A stretch of DNA of 64,000 bases, from positions 352,001 through 416,000 of the forward strand of contig CAVRVY010000001.1 in the NCBI GenBank assembly GCA_963724765.1. Reading direction: 5' to 3'. The notes under the pieces are model-generated. The model was not told the DNA's origin. It did no database searches and saw nothing but the letters and a program-made list of their open reading frames with translations. Positions 9,221 to 18,438 of this stretch are shown here, one piece after another. Positions within the stretch are counted from its first letter, which is position 1, and each line of letters starts with the position of its first letter. Both the position numbers and the translations under genes were made by a program. Origin of the DNA: an uncultured delta proteobacterium (lineage in GTDB: Bacteria; Desulfobacterota; Binatia; Binatales; Binataceae).

Positions 9221-10201
9221 ATGAAATGCAAAGCGATCGTGGTGCATCAGATCGGCGGGCCGGAAGTCCTGCGCTACGAGGACGTCGAAGTCCCCGCGCC
9301 AGGGCCGGGACAGGCGCTCGTGCGCCATCGCGCGATCGGCCTTAACTTCGTCGAGATCTATCTTCGCGCTGGCGTCTACCCCGCGCCTTCGATGCCATTT
9401 ACGCCTGGCAGCGAGGCTGCCGGCGTGGTCGAGGCGGTCGGCTCCGGCGTGAGCGAAGTCCGCGTCGGCGACCGGGTCGCATACGTGGGCGGTCCGCTCG
9501 GCTCGTATTCGGAGGCGCGGGTGATGCCTGCGCGGTTCCTGGTCAAGCTGCCGGACAAAATCGACGAAGCGACCGCCGCAGCGGCGATGCTCAAGGGGCT
9601 GACCGCCGAATACCTGATTCACTCGACCTACGTGGTAAAGCCCGGCGTCACTATCCTGCTGCATGCCGCTGCGGGCGGCACCGGCCTGATCCTCGCGCAA
9701 TGGGCGAAGCATCTCGGCGCGACCGTGATCGGCACCGTCGGCAGCGACGAGAAGGCCAAGCTCGCCGCCGCCCACGGCTGCGCTCACACGATCAACTATT
9801 CGCGCGAGGACTTCGTCGCGCGCGTGAAGGAAATCACCGGCGGAAAAAATGTCGCCGTGGTTTACGACTCGGTGGGGCAGACGACCTTCATGAAATCGCT
9901 CGATTGCCTGCAGCCGCGCGGCCTGATGGTGAGCTTCGGACAATCCTCGGGCATTGTGCCGCCCTTCAGCATCAACATCCTGAGCGGCAAGGGCTCGCTC
10001 TACCTCACGCGTCCGACGCTCGCCACTTACACGGCGCGGCGCGAGGACCTCGAGGCGGCGGCGCGGCGCCTGTTCGAGGTGCTGGCCAGCGGCGCGGTGC
10101 GCTGCGAGGTGAATCGGAGGTTCAAACTCGCCGACGCGGCCGAGGCCCATCGCGCGCTTGGCGATCGCGAGACCACCGGCTCGAGCATTTTGCTCCCGTA
10201 G
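9221..10201 (+). CDS. qor: NADPH:quinone oxidoreductase (zeta-crystallin/MDR family)
   Basis: GGPEVL, AIGLNF, AAAGGTG, YDSVG, SLYLTRP and TTGS. Confidence 0.88.
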   Translation: MKCKAIVVHQIGGPEVLRYEDVEVPAPGPGQALVRHRAIGLNFVEIYLRAGVYPAPSMPFTPGSEAAGVVEAVGSGVSEVRVGDRVAYVGGPLGSYSEARVMPARFLVKLPDKIDEATAAAAMLKGLTAEYLIHSTYVVKPGVTILLHAAAGGTGLILAQWAKHLGATVIGTVGSDEKAKLAAAHGCAHTINYSREDFVARVKEITGGKNVAVVYDSVGQTTFMKSLDCLQPRGLMVSFGQSSGIVPPFSINILSGKGSLYLTRPTLATYTARREDLEAAARRLFEVLASGAVRCEVNRRFKLADAAEAHRALGDRETTGSSILLP

Positions 10202-10292
10202 CCGTCCGCTATATGGTTGACTTTAATACGGTCGACCCGGGATGCGCCCGGCTTCGGTTGACCGGAGAAGGCAGGGGACTTTTAATCGCGAC

Positions 10293-11702
10293 ATGACTGG
10301 AATCGTTTCATACGGATCGTACATCCCATACCGCCGGCTCAAGCGTGCGGCGATCGCGGAGGTGCTCGGCCTCCCCGCAGGCAAGGGCGAGCGCTCGGTG
10401 GCAAGCTTCGACGAAGACAGCGTCTCGATGGCGGCCGAGGCGGCGCGCGACGCGCTGCGCGCGGTCGGGGCGGAGAAAGTGCGGACGCTGCTGTTTGCCA
10501 CCTCGACGCCGCCCTACGCCGAGAAGCTCAACGCCGCGATCGTCGGCGCAGCCGCGCAATTGCCGGCCGAGAGCCGCGCGGCCGACTTGACCGGCTCGGT
10601 GCGCGCCGGGCTTTCCGCGCTACTGCAAGCGGCCGACGCAGCGGCCGGCGGCGGCCTTGCGCTGGCCGCGATGTCCGATTGCCGGCTGGGAGCGCCCGAG
10701 GGCCGCCTCGAGCAGGCGGGCGGCGACGGCGCGGCGGCGTTCGTGATGGGAAGTGGCGACGACGTGATAGCGGAAATCGTCGCCAGCGCCTCATTCACGC
10801 GCGAGTTTCTCGACACCTGGCGGATGCCCGAGGAGCGCTTCGGTCATTCATGGGAGGAGCGCTTCGCGCTCACCCAGGCTTACGTGCCGCTGCTAGGCAA
10901 GGCAATTCAGTCAGTGCTGGAAAAGGCCGGCGTGGCTCCAGCGGCGCTCGCCCGCGTGATCCTCGATTCGCCCAATCCGCGCGCGGCAGAGGAGATCGTG
11001 CGCGGGATGAAGCTCGACCCGGCGAAGTTGTCCGATACGCTCGCGCTCACGGTCGGACAGACCGGCGCTGCGCATGCGGGGCTGCTGCTGACGGCCGCGC
11101 TGCCGTCGCTCAAGCCGGGCGACCTGGTATTGATGGCCGCGGTGGCCGACGGCGCAGACGCGATCGTGTTGCGCATTACGCCGGCGGCGGCGAAGTTTCG
11201 GCCGACTCATTCAGTCGGCCGCATGATCGAATCCAAGGGCGACGTAACTTACGGCAATTACCTGAAGTGGCGGCAAATCCTGCCCACCGAGCCGCCGCGG
11301 CGGCCTGACCCGGAGCGCCCGGCGGCGCCGCCGATGATGCGCTCGGAGAAATGGAAGTTTGGGCTAATCGGCTCGCGATGCACCGCGTGCGGAACGCCGC
11401 AGCTTCCGCCGCAACTGGTATGTGTCAAATGCCACGTGCGCGGTAAGATGGAGCCGTACGCGTTTGCCGACCGTACCGGGCGAATCGCGACCTACGCGGT
11501 GGACCGTCTTGCCTACTCGCTCAACCCGCCGACCGTCAACGCGGTGGTAGATTACGAGGGCGGCGGCCGGTTCCTGTGCGAGATGACGGATTGCGAACCC
11601 GAACGCGTCGCGATCGGTGACGAAGTGGAAATGACTTTTCGCCGGCTCTTTACCGCCGACGGCGTGCACAACTATTTCTGGAAGGCGCGACCCAAGCGCT
11701 AG
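10293..11702 (+). CDS. HMG-CoA synthase/KASIII-like domain fused to DUF35 (Zn-ribbon + OB-fold)
   Basis: YGSYIP, ERSVASFDEDSVSMA and GDGAAA, plus C-terminal CTACG...CVKC and IGDEVEMTFR...NYFWK. Confidence 0.85.
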   Translation: MTGIVSYGSYIPYRRLKRAAIAEVLGLPAGKGERSVASFDEDSVSMAAEAARDALRAVGAEKVRTLLFATSTPPYAEKLNAAIVGAAAQLPAESRAADLTGSVRAGLSALLQAADAAAGGGLALAAMSDCRLGAPEGRLEQAGGDGAAAFVMGSGDDVIAEIVASASFTREFLDTWRMPEERFGHSWEERFALTQAYVPLLGKAIQSVLEKAGVAPAALARVILDSPNPRAAEEIVRGMKLDPAKLSDTLALTVGQTGAAHAGLLLTAALPSLKPGDLVLMAAVADGADAIVLRITPAAAKFRPTHSVGRMIESKGDVTYGNYLKWRQILPTEPPRRPDPERPAAPPMMRSEKWKFGLIGSRCTACGTPQLPPQLVCVKCHVRGKMEPYAFADRTGRIATYAVDRLAYSLNPPTVNAVVDYEGGGRFLCEMTDCEPERVAIGDEVEMTFRRLFTADGVHNYFWKARPKR

Positions 11703-11731
11703 GCAACGGCCGGGGCCAAGGAGAATTTTTG

Positions 11732-12916
11732 ATGGCAAGCAAGGGAATCAGGGATCGCGTCGCGATCATCGGGATGGGGTGCACCAAGTTCGGCGAGCAC
11801 TGGGACAAGGGCGCGGAAGACCTGCTGGTCGACGCCGCCTACCAGGCCTACGAGTCGGCGGGTATCGGTCCCGACGACGTCGACGCGTACTGGCTCGGCA
11901 CGATGGGCTCGGGAATCTCGGGACTCACGCTCTCGGAGCCGCTGAAGATTCAATACAAGCCGGTGACTCGGGTCGAGAACATGTGCGCCACCGGATCAGA
12001 GGCGCTGCGGCAGGCCTGCTATGCAGTCGCGTGCGGCGCGTTCGACGTGGCGATGGCGATCGGTGTCGAGAAGCTCAAGGACTCGGGCTTCTCGGGATTG
12101 GTCGTGACCAATCCGCCCAACGACGGGACCCCGGCCAGCATGACGCCGCCGGCGCTGTTCTCGCTGCTCGCGCCCGCCTACTTCAAAAAGTACGGACTCG
12201 ACCCGGACAAGGGCAAGGACGTGCTCTCGCGCATCGCCTGGAAGAACCATCGCAACGGCGCGCGCAATCCCAAGGCGCAGTTCCAGAAGGAAGTGCCGAT
12301 CGAGGCGATTAAGAACTCGCCCAAGATTGCCGACCCGCTCGGCATCATGGATTGCTCCGGCGTCTCCGACGGATCGGCCGCCGCGATCGTGGTCCGCGCC
12401 GAAGACGCGCACAAATACTGCAAAAATCCGATTTACATCAAGGCGCTGTCGTTCGTGGCCGGACCGGCCGAGGGCCCGCTCTCGCAGGAATACGATTTCA
12501 CCTCATTTCCCGAAGTCGTCGCTTCCGCGCGTGACGCCTATGCCCAGGCCGGCATCACCAATGCACGCGAGCAGATTAGTCTCGCCGAGGTCCACGACTG
12601 CTTCACCCCGACCGAGCTCGTGCTGTGCGAAGACTTGGGATTCAGCCCGCGCGGCACGGCATGGCAGGACGTAATGGAAGGCTTCTTCGACCTCGACGGG
12701 CGGTTGCCGGTCAACCCTGACGGCGGCCTCAAGTCGTTCGGCCATCCGATTGGCGCCTCGGGGCTGCGCATGATGTATGAGATGTGGCTGCAGCTTCGCG
12801 GCGAGGCGGCACAGCGCCAGGTCAAGGATCCGAAACTCGGGCTGACGCACAACCTGGGTGGTCAGCCGGGGCGCTGCGTGAGCTTCGTATCGGTGGTGGG
12901 TAACTCGATGGGTTAG
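11732..12916 (+). CDS. Acetyl-CoA acetyltransferase (SCP2-type/archaeal-type thiolase)
   Basis: Catalytic Cys in ENMCATGS, plus SDGSAA, EVHDCF, GHPIGASG and HNLGG. Confidence 0.9.
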   Translation: MASKGIRDRVAIIGMGCTKFGEHWDKGAEDLLVDAAYQAYESAGIGPDDVDAYWLGTMGSGISGLTLSEPLKIQYKPVTRVENMCATGSEALRQACYAVACGAFDVAMAIGVEKLKDSGFSGLVVTNPPNDGTPASMTPPALFSLLAPAYFKKYGLDPDKGKDVLSRIAWKNHRNGARNPKAQFQKEVPIEAIKNSPKIADPLGIMDCSGVSDGSAAAIVVRAEDAHKYCKNPIYIKALSFVAGPAEGPLSQEYDFTSFPEVVASARDAYAQAGITNAREQISLAEVHDCFTPTELVLCEDLGFSPRGTAWQDVMEGFFDLDGRLPVNPDGGLKSFGHPIGASGLRMMYEMWLQLRGEAAQRQVKDPKLGLTHNLGGQPGRCVSFVSVVGNSMG

Positions 12917-12970
12917 GGCGGTTGCGCCCGGCGCACCGTCGCGCACCGGGCAAGGGTTCGGGTTTCAGCC

Positions 12971-13005
12971 AAAGGCCTCGCACGCGATTGCGTGCGGGGC
13001 TTTTT
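12971..13005 (+). terminator. Rho-independent terminator after the thiolase operon
   Basis: GCCTCGCACGC-gatt-GCGTGCGGGGC hairpin followed by TTTTT, with AAA on the 5' side. Confidence 0.85.
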
Positions 13006-13162
13006 GATGGGATTTCCGCCTGAAGCGGGGAGTCAAAGGCGCGCTGCGCTCAATAACGCTCAAGTTGGCTGTTCTCTGCGATTGCGCAACGTTGGGTTGC
13101 GCTTTTGCCACGTTGGCTCAATAGAGGCAATCTAAAGCGCTTAATTGCTGTTGGAAAATCAA

Positions 13163-13179
13163 TCGGCACACTAAGTGCT
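13163..13179 (+). promoter_or_regulatory. Sigma54 (-24/-12) promoter
   Basis: TCGGCACACTAAGTGCT: GG at 13165-66, N10, GC at 13177-78. Lies in an AT-rich stretch upstream of ORF 13258. Confidence 0.6.
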
Positions 13180-13257
13180 TCTTTAGCCGTCGAGGACGAG
13201 GTTTTGGCAGTCGACGGATAGCCCGCTCCACTTGCCTAACTCCGAGGGAATACACCG

Positions 13258-13770
13258 ATGCTCAGCCATGCTACCGAGAACCGCGAAACCCACGACGCCA
13301 TCGAACGCTATGTGATAGCCGCGATTGTCGACGCTCGCGAAGTCTACACCGACCAGAAATGGCTCACTTGGGCCGATCACTGGATAGCCGGCCGCGATCG
13401 CAGCTTCGCGTCGGCCCGCATTGCGCATCGGATGGCGCGTCAGGCCTGCGATCGCGAGTTGGCAGAGAAAGCAAATTGTGCGCATGACTGCGCGGAGAAC
13501 GGCGAGACGGAAGACGGCCCTATCGAAACGCCGGCCGAGATGGCCGCATGGGCCGCCGGACTCGCGCTGGTCACGGCGCCGGTGGCGCCGGACCTGACCG
13601 CGGGGATTCGGCGGATGGAGTTCGCCCTGCGCACGAGACTCGCGAGCACTCGGAGGACCGAGGCTGCCAGGTCGATACGTCCGTCGTTGGCCGGCCGCGC
13701 GGTTGCGCTCGCGCGACGCGCCGCGTCGATGCTGTTGCCGTCGGAGGTTCCGCAGACCGCACGGTCATAG
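13258..13770 (+). CDS. Hypothetical Ala-rich helical protein (weak resemblance to Imm5-like domains)
   Basis: RBS GAGGG, sigma54 site upstream, and motifs WADHWIAG and AAWAAGLA. Family call is uncertain. Confidence 0.55.
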   Translation: MLSHATENRETHDAIERYVIAAIVDAREVYTDQKWLTWADHWIAGRDRSFASARIAHRMARQACDRELAEKANCAHDCAENGETEDGPIETPAEMAAWAAGLALVTAPVAPDLTAGIRRMEFALRTRLASTRRTEAARSIRPSLAGRAVALARRAASMLLPSEVPQTARS

Positions 13771-14074
13771 TCGAGCAGTTCGGTGGTTCGGTTGTTCGGC
13801 GCTCGCGTGGCTCGGCGCGCGACGATCGGATGCGATAGAGCGGCATGCGTGCAAGCCGCGCCGCGCCGCAAACGAACTTTGTAACCTGAGAAACCGAGTA
13901 ACGCACTGGTCGGTCATTGTGCGCGACGCCGCGTGCGGAATCGCCTTGACTTCGACATCCTCTCAGATATAGAAGCAGACCCAACCGGCTAGTACCCCGC
14001 ACTTAAGCCCGCAGGCTTCGCGAGCTTCTCTGTCCGAGCGCTTCCGGCGAGTAATAGAGGAGAGCACAGAATAG

Positions 14075-14410
14075 ATGCCCGCAAAGCTGTACGTCGGCAA
14101 CTTGGCGTTTTCCGTGACTAACGAGGATCTGGAAGCGCTGTTCGGACAGATTGGTAAGGTCGACAGTGTCGCCGTTGTAACTGACAAGTTCTCCGGTCAA
14201 TCGCGCGGCTTCGGTTTCGTGCAGATGGCTGATTCCAATGAAGCGGCTCGTGCGATCTCAGAGCTCAACGGCACCGAGGTCAAGGGCCGCAGCATCAAAG
14301 TGAACGAGGCGCGCGAGCAGGGGCCTCGTCCCAGCGGCGGCGGTGGCGGACGGGGCGATCGCGGTGGCCGCGGCGGCAGTGGTGGCGGCGGCGGCGGTCG
14401 GCGCTGGTAG
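14075..14410 (+). CDS. RRM RNA-binding protein with Gly-rich tail
   Basis: RNP2 LYVGNL, RNP1 RGFGFV, GGGG/RGG tail ending RRW. RBS AGAGGAG. Confidence 0.95.
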   Translation: MPAKLYVGNLAFSVTNEDLEALFGQIGKVDSVAVVTDKFSGQSRGFGFVQMADSNEAARAISELNGTEVKGRSIKVNEAREQGPRPSGGGGGRGDRGGRGGSGGGGGGRRW

Positions 14411-14562
14411 CAAGTTAGGCATCGATCGAACCCCGGCGGGTGACAGTGCCCGCTTCGATTTGAACGCGGCCATGCCGCGCGGCTTGTGAATCGAACCGCG
14501 CGGCAGCGCCGCGACCGGCTTAGCACTTCTGCCAGGGCATCGTCAAAATTTCAGGCGAAATT

Positions 14563-16383
14563 TCAAGTCTGAGGATCGTCGCGCGAGTTCTGCTCGCTCG
14601 CGTGGCGAGAATTCCCGTTGGTGCCGGCTGACGATGCCTGCGTCCAGCGCTTCAGCGTGGCGTCAAGGTCGTCCAGGTCTACCGGTTTGGTAATGTAACC
14701 GTCCATCCCGGCGGCCTGGCACTTCTCACGTGCGCCGCTTAAGGCGTGAGCAGTCATCGCGATGACGATGGTCCGGTGTGCCGAGCCTGCCTCGCGCCGG
14801 CGAATTTCAGCGGTCGCCTCGTAACCATCCATCCCCGGCATCTGACAATCCATCAGGACGATCGGATAAGGCTTGAGCGCAAGCGCGTCGAGCGCCTCCT
14901 GACCGTCGTTCACCACGTCGGCCGCGAAGCCCAGCACGTTAAGTTGACTTTGCGCGAGTTTCTGATTGACCGGGTTATCTTCGGCCACGAGGACCGTAAT
15001 CGCTGGCGGCTTGCCGTTTCCGCCGACGGAACTGCCGGCGTGCGCAAGGTCCTCCGCTTTTTGGCGGATGGTCTTGGCCAGGTGCGCGGTGAAGCGGAAG
15101 GTCGAGCCGCAGCGCAACTCGCTCTCCACCTCGATTTGACCGCCCATCTCGCGGACCAAGTGTGCCGCGATCGCGAGGCCCAATCCCGAGCCGCCGTAGT
15201 TGCGGCTGGTCGAGCCGTTAACTTGCGTGAACGGCTGGAAGATTGCGCTTTGCTGATCGGCCGCGATTCCGATGCCGGTATCGCTTACCTCGAACGACAA
15301 AGTTACCTCGTTCGCCGACTCGTCGAGTTGGCCGGCACGCATCACGATTTCGCCCTGGTTGGAAAACTTGATCGCGTTGCTGACCAGGTTGCTCAGGATT
15401 TGCTCGAGACGGTGTGAGTCCCCCGCCACGAGATGCGGCAGCCCCTGCTCGAGTTCGAGCGTCAACTTGATGCCGCGCTTTTGCGCCTGCCGGACGAACT
15501 GCGCCGCCACACGTTCCATCGCATCGTGAGGGTCAAACGTATCTTCCTCGAGGACGAACTGGCCCTGGGACAGGTTGGAGAAGTCCAGCACGTCGTCCAC
15601 GATCACGCATAAGGCTTGGCCGCTCGCACGCACCGCCTCGGCGTACTCGCGCTGCTCCGCGGTGAGTCCGGCGTCCAGCAACAGCCGGGTCATCCCAACG
15701 ATGCCATTGAGCGGCGTGAGAATTTCATGGCTCATGTTGTCGAGGAACTCGGAGCGCAGCCGTGCGGCCTCCAGCGCCAGGTCGCGCGCGCGAGCCATCT
15801 CTTCTTCGGCGAGGTGGCGCAGGGTTACGTCGCGGTAGACAACCAGCCCGCCCCTCAAGCTGCCGTCCTGATCGATCGCCGGCCGGGCCGAGGCTTCGAG
15901 CCACAGATCGTGAGCCAGTGCAGGGGCGCTCAAAAGCACCAGCATGTCATCGATCGATTCGCCGCGCACCGCTCGCGCCAGCGGCCATTGCTCAATCGGC
16001 ATAGGTGGGGCGCCGGCGGCAGTCCGCAGTGCGAACCCGCCGGCCATCTGATCGAGGACGGAATGCCCGCAATCCGTCCCGGCGATTGTACTGGCGGCTC
16101 GACTGACGTGCGTGAATCGAAGGTCAAGGTCGCAAACGATCACCCCGTCCGCCACAGTGTCGAAGATCGACTGCATCAGCTGCGACTGGCGGCGCAACTC
16201 CTCGGTTTGCTCGAGGACCTGGCGCGCCAGCCGCTTATTGACCTCATGCAGCTCGGCCCCGGCCGCGCCCTGATTTGCGATGAAGGTGTCGCGCCGTCGT
16301 AAAGCCCATTCGCCTACGACGAAGACGAAACAAACCGCCACAATTGCCGTCACTCCGCCCACCGCAATCACCACCATCTCCAT
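14563..16383 (-). CDS. Membrane-anchored hybrid histidine kinase (TM-PAS-HisKA-HATPase-REC)
   Basis: N-terminal hydrophobic helix, PAS region, MSHEILTPLNG, NLVSNAIKF, DTGIGI, GSGLGLAI, and REC motifs AEDN, MDCQMP and KP. Confidence 0.92.
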   Translation of the reverse strand: MEMVVIAVGGVTAIVAVCFVFVVGEWALRRRDTFIANQGAAGAELHEVNKRLARQVLEQTEELRRQSQLMQSIFDTVADGVIVCDLDLRFTHVSRAASTIAGTDCGHSVLDQMAGGFALRTAAGAPPMPIEQWPLARAVRGESIDDMLVLLSAPALAHDLWLEASARPAIDQDGSLRGGLVVYRDVTLRHLAEEEMARARDLALEAARLRSEFLDNMSHEILTPLNGIVGMTRLLLDAGLTAEQREYAEAVRASGQALCVIVDDVLDFSNLSQGQFVLEEDTFDPHDAMERVAAQFVRQAQKRGIKLTLELEQGLPHLVAGDSHRLEQILSNLVSNAIKFSNQGEIVMRAGQLDESANEVTLSFEVSDTGIGIAADQQSAIFQPFTQVNGSTSRNYGGSGLGLAIAAHLVREMGGQIEVESELRCGSTFRFTAHLAKTIRQKAEDLAHAGSSVGGNGKPPAITVLVAEDNPVNQKLAQSQLNVLGFAADVVNDGQEALDALALKPYPIVLMDCQMPGMDGYEATAEIRRREAGSAHRTIVIAMTAHALSGAREKCQAAGMDGYITKPVDLDDLDATLKRWTQASSAGTNGNSRHASEQNSRDDPQT

Positions 16384-16433
16384 CCGGTACGTCGCGCGTT
16401 TGTCACAAAGGTTACCAATGGCTCGATGGAATG

Positions 16434-16450
16434 AGCATCGGACGTGCCAA
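16434..16450 (-). promoter_or_regulatory. Sigma54 (-24/-12) promoter for the hybrid kinase
   Basis: Minus strand reads TTGGCACGTCCGATGCT (TGGCACG-N4-ATGC, GG-N10-GC), about 50 bp upstream of ATG 16383. Confidence 0.7.
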
Positions 16451-16596
16451 TGCGTGACAGAGCAGTCTGGTGGCGGCGATCGTCTACGCAACTAGGAGGC
16501 GCGAAAGCGAGAATGATACAGGGTGTCTCGTTCGCGAGACCGCCTGCGTCCCGAAATGAGAGCCGAGGCGATCCATTGCCGCCGCGAGCTCGGGAA

Positions 16597-17646
16597 TTAG
16601 AACAGAATCAGTGGCTTGATGATCCCGTCGAGCTTGCGCTCCATCATCTCGAACGCCCGCTCCAACTCGTCAAAGCGAAAGGTATGCGTGGTAAGGCGCG
16701 TCGGATCGATCCGGCCGCCCTGGAGTAGGCGCAACAACCGTTCCATCCGCAGCCGGCCGCCGGGGCACAGCCCCGTGCGAATCGTCTTCTCCGCCATCCC
16801 CACGCCCCACTCTATGCGCGGGATGTGCACGAATTCGCCCTTGCCATGATAGCCGGCGTTGGAGATGGTGCCGCCCGCTTTGGTGACCCGGATCGCGTTC
16901 TGAAAGGAGAGATCGCCGCCCAGCGCTTCGATGGCCGAATCGACGCCCTCGCCGCCGGTCAAATCCATGATGCGTGCGACGACGTCTTCCTTCTCGAAGT
17001 CCACCGTCAGGTCAGCGCCATAGGAGCGCGCGAGTTCCTGGCGGCGCGCCACCGAGTCGACACCGATGATCAGTCCTGCGCCCAGCATTCGCGCGCCCGC
17101 CACCGCCATCAGTCCGACCGGGCCAAGCGCGAACACCGCGACGGCGCCGCCGGGAGGGATGTTGGCATTCTCGGCCGCCATCATTCCCGTCGAGATCATG
17201 TCGCAGCAGTAGACCGCGGCGTCGTCGGCGACGGCGGAAGGGATGTGCGCCATATTGGCGTCGGCCTCGTTGACGTGGAAGTACTCGGCGAACACGCCGT
17301 CCTTGATATTGGCGAATTTCCATCCGCCCAGCGCGCCGCCGGATTGCGAGGAGTGTCCCGCCTGCGAGGCGGCGTCGCCCCACTCGGGCGTAATCGCGCC
17401 GACCAGGACGTGATCGCCCGGCTTGAAGCGCTTGACCGTGGCCCCGACCTGGTGGACGATGCCGACCGCCTCGTGGCCCAGGGTGAGGTTGTCGCGCGGC
17501 CCGATTGCGCCGTTCACCGTGTGCACGTCGGAGGTGCAGATGAGGGCCTTGGTGGTCTTGACGACGGCGTCACCCGGCCCGGGAGTGGGAATCGGTTTAT
17601 CGGCGAATCCGACCTTGCCAATCCCTTTCATCACGAAGGCTCGCAT
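16597..17646 (-). CDS. adh: Zn-dependent NAD(P)-dependent secondary alcohol dehydrogenase (TbADH/isopropanol dehydrogenase-like)
   Basis: CTSDVH, GHEAVG, GAITP, GGWKF, CDMISTG and GLCPGGRLRMERL. No structural-Zn Cys cluster. Confidence 0.9.
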   Translation of the reverse strand: MRAFVMKGIGKVGFADKPIPTPGPGDAVVKTTKALICTSDVHTVNGAIGPRDNLTLGHEAVGIVHQVGATVKRFKPGDHVLVGAITPEWGDAASQAGHSSQSGGALGGWKFANIKDGVFAEYFHVNEADANMAHIPSAVADDAAVYCCDMISTGMMAAENANIPPGGAVAVFALGPVGLMAVAGARMLGAGLIIGVDSVARRQELARSYGADLTVDFEKEDVVARIMDLTGGEGVDSAIEALGGDLSFQNAIRVTKAGGTISNAGYHGKGEFVHIPRIEWGVGMAEKTIRTGLCPGGRLRMERLLRLLQGGRIDPTRLTTHTFRFDELERAFEMMERKLDGIIKPLILF

Positions 17647-17659
17647 CGCGGTTGACCTC

Positions 17660-17755
17660 CAGTTACGTAGCGGCAGTTACGCAGTGCAGGTACGCAATGT
17701 CAGATGCGCGTGTCAGCCAGGGAATGTCAAGTACGTAATAGCAATGTCAATAATG
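17660..17755. repeat. Degenerate 13-14-bp tandem repeat in the adh upstream region
   Basis: Units start at 17660, 17674, 17687, 17701, 17714, 17728 and 17742 (CAGTTACGTAGCGG, CAGTTACGCAGTG, CAGGTACGCAATGT ... CAAGTACGTAATAG). Confidence 0.6.
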
Positions 17756-17865
17756 CGATATCGTAGATATCGTTGCGAGATGTGTCCTTGTCGGCGCGCC
17801 GCTGATTCTACATCGAACCCGCGCGCGAAGCGCGCGGCGGATCGTCGATGCCTCGAGCGCCGAGC

Positions 17866-18252
17866 TCAGGATGCGCGCCACGGCGGCTCGCTCTTGCCGC
17901 CGGCGATAGTGCGCAAGCGCGAGCGCCGCGCCGCGTCGAGGCTCAGTGCCGCACCTGCTCCGCGCCGTCCCGCCGGCGGCGCCGGCGTAGCGCTCGCGCC
18001 GCCATTCGCACGCGTCGGCGATTGCCAGCGCCGCCCTGGCGCGGTCGAGCGTGGTGCACGAACTCGCGAACGATCGAAGGCGACCAACATCAGCGCCGTG
18101 AACCAGCAGGTCACGATAACCGCGGCGCTGGTGTAGGCCGCCCCGTAAAAGCCGCCCAGGATCGACCCGATCACCGCGCCCATCGCAAACACCGCAAAGT
18201 GCCACGGGGTTAACCATCTGCGGCCGTCGTCGTTGACCTTCCGCGTTTTCAT
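17866..18252 (-). CDS. Hypothetical two-TM membrane protein
   Basis: Two hydrophobic segments followed by a basic tail. Start is uncertain (18252, 18291 or 18318). Confidence 0.45.
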   Translation of the reverse strand: MKTRKVNDDGRRWLTPWHFAVFAMGAVIGSILGGFYGAAYTSAAVIVTCWFTALMLVAFDRSRVRAPRSTAPGRRWQSPTRANGGASATPAPPAGRRGAGAALSLDAARRSRLRTIAGGKSEPPWRAS

Positions 18253-18438
18253 CTGGGACGCGCCCTTTCGCTTACCTGCCGATAAGCCCATTGTCTCGCC
18301 CCAGCCCTTTCGTGACAAGACCTTTATTAACAGGTATCGTGCGCCGCAGCCGATTTGTTCTCAGACCGCCGCCGCGCTCGCATCGGTTTTAACCATCGCG
18401 GTCGCGCGCTAAAGTTAAACCACCGGAGAAACTTTCGA

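Noticed and set aside
10293-12916. Mevalonate pathway (HMG-CoA synthase + thiolase)
   Set aside because: HMGCS catalytic residues appear absent, and no HMG-CoA reductase or mevalonate kinase is nearby.
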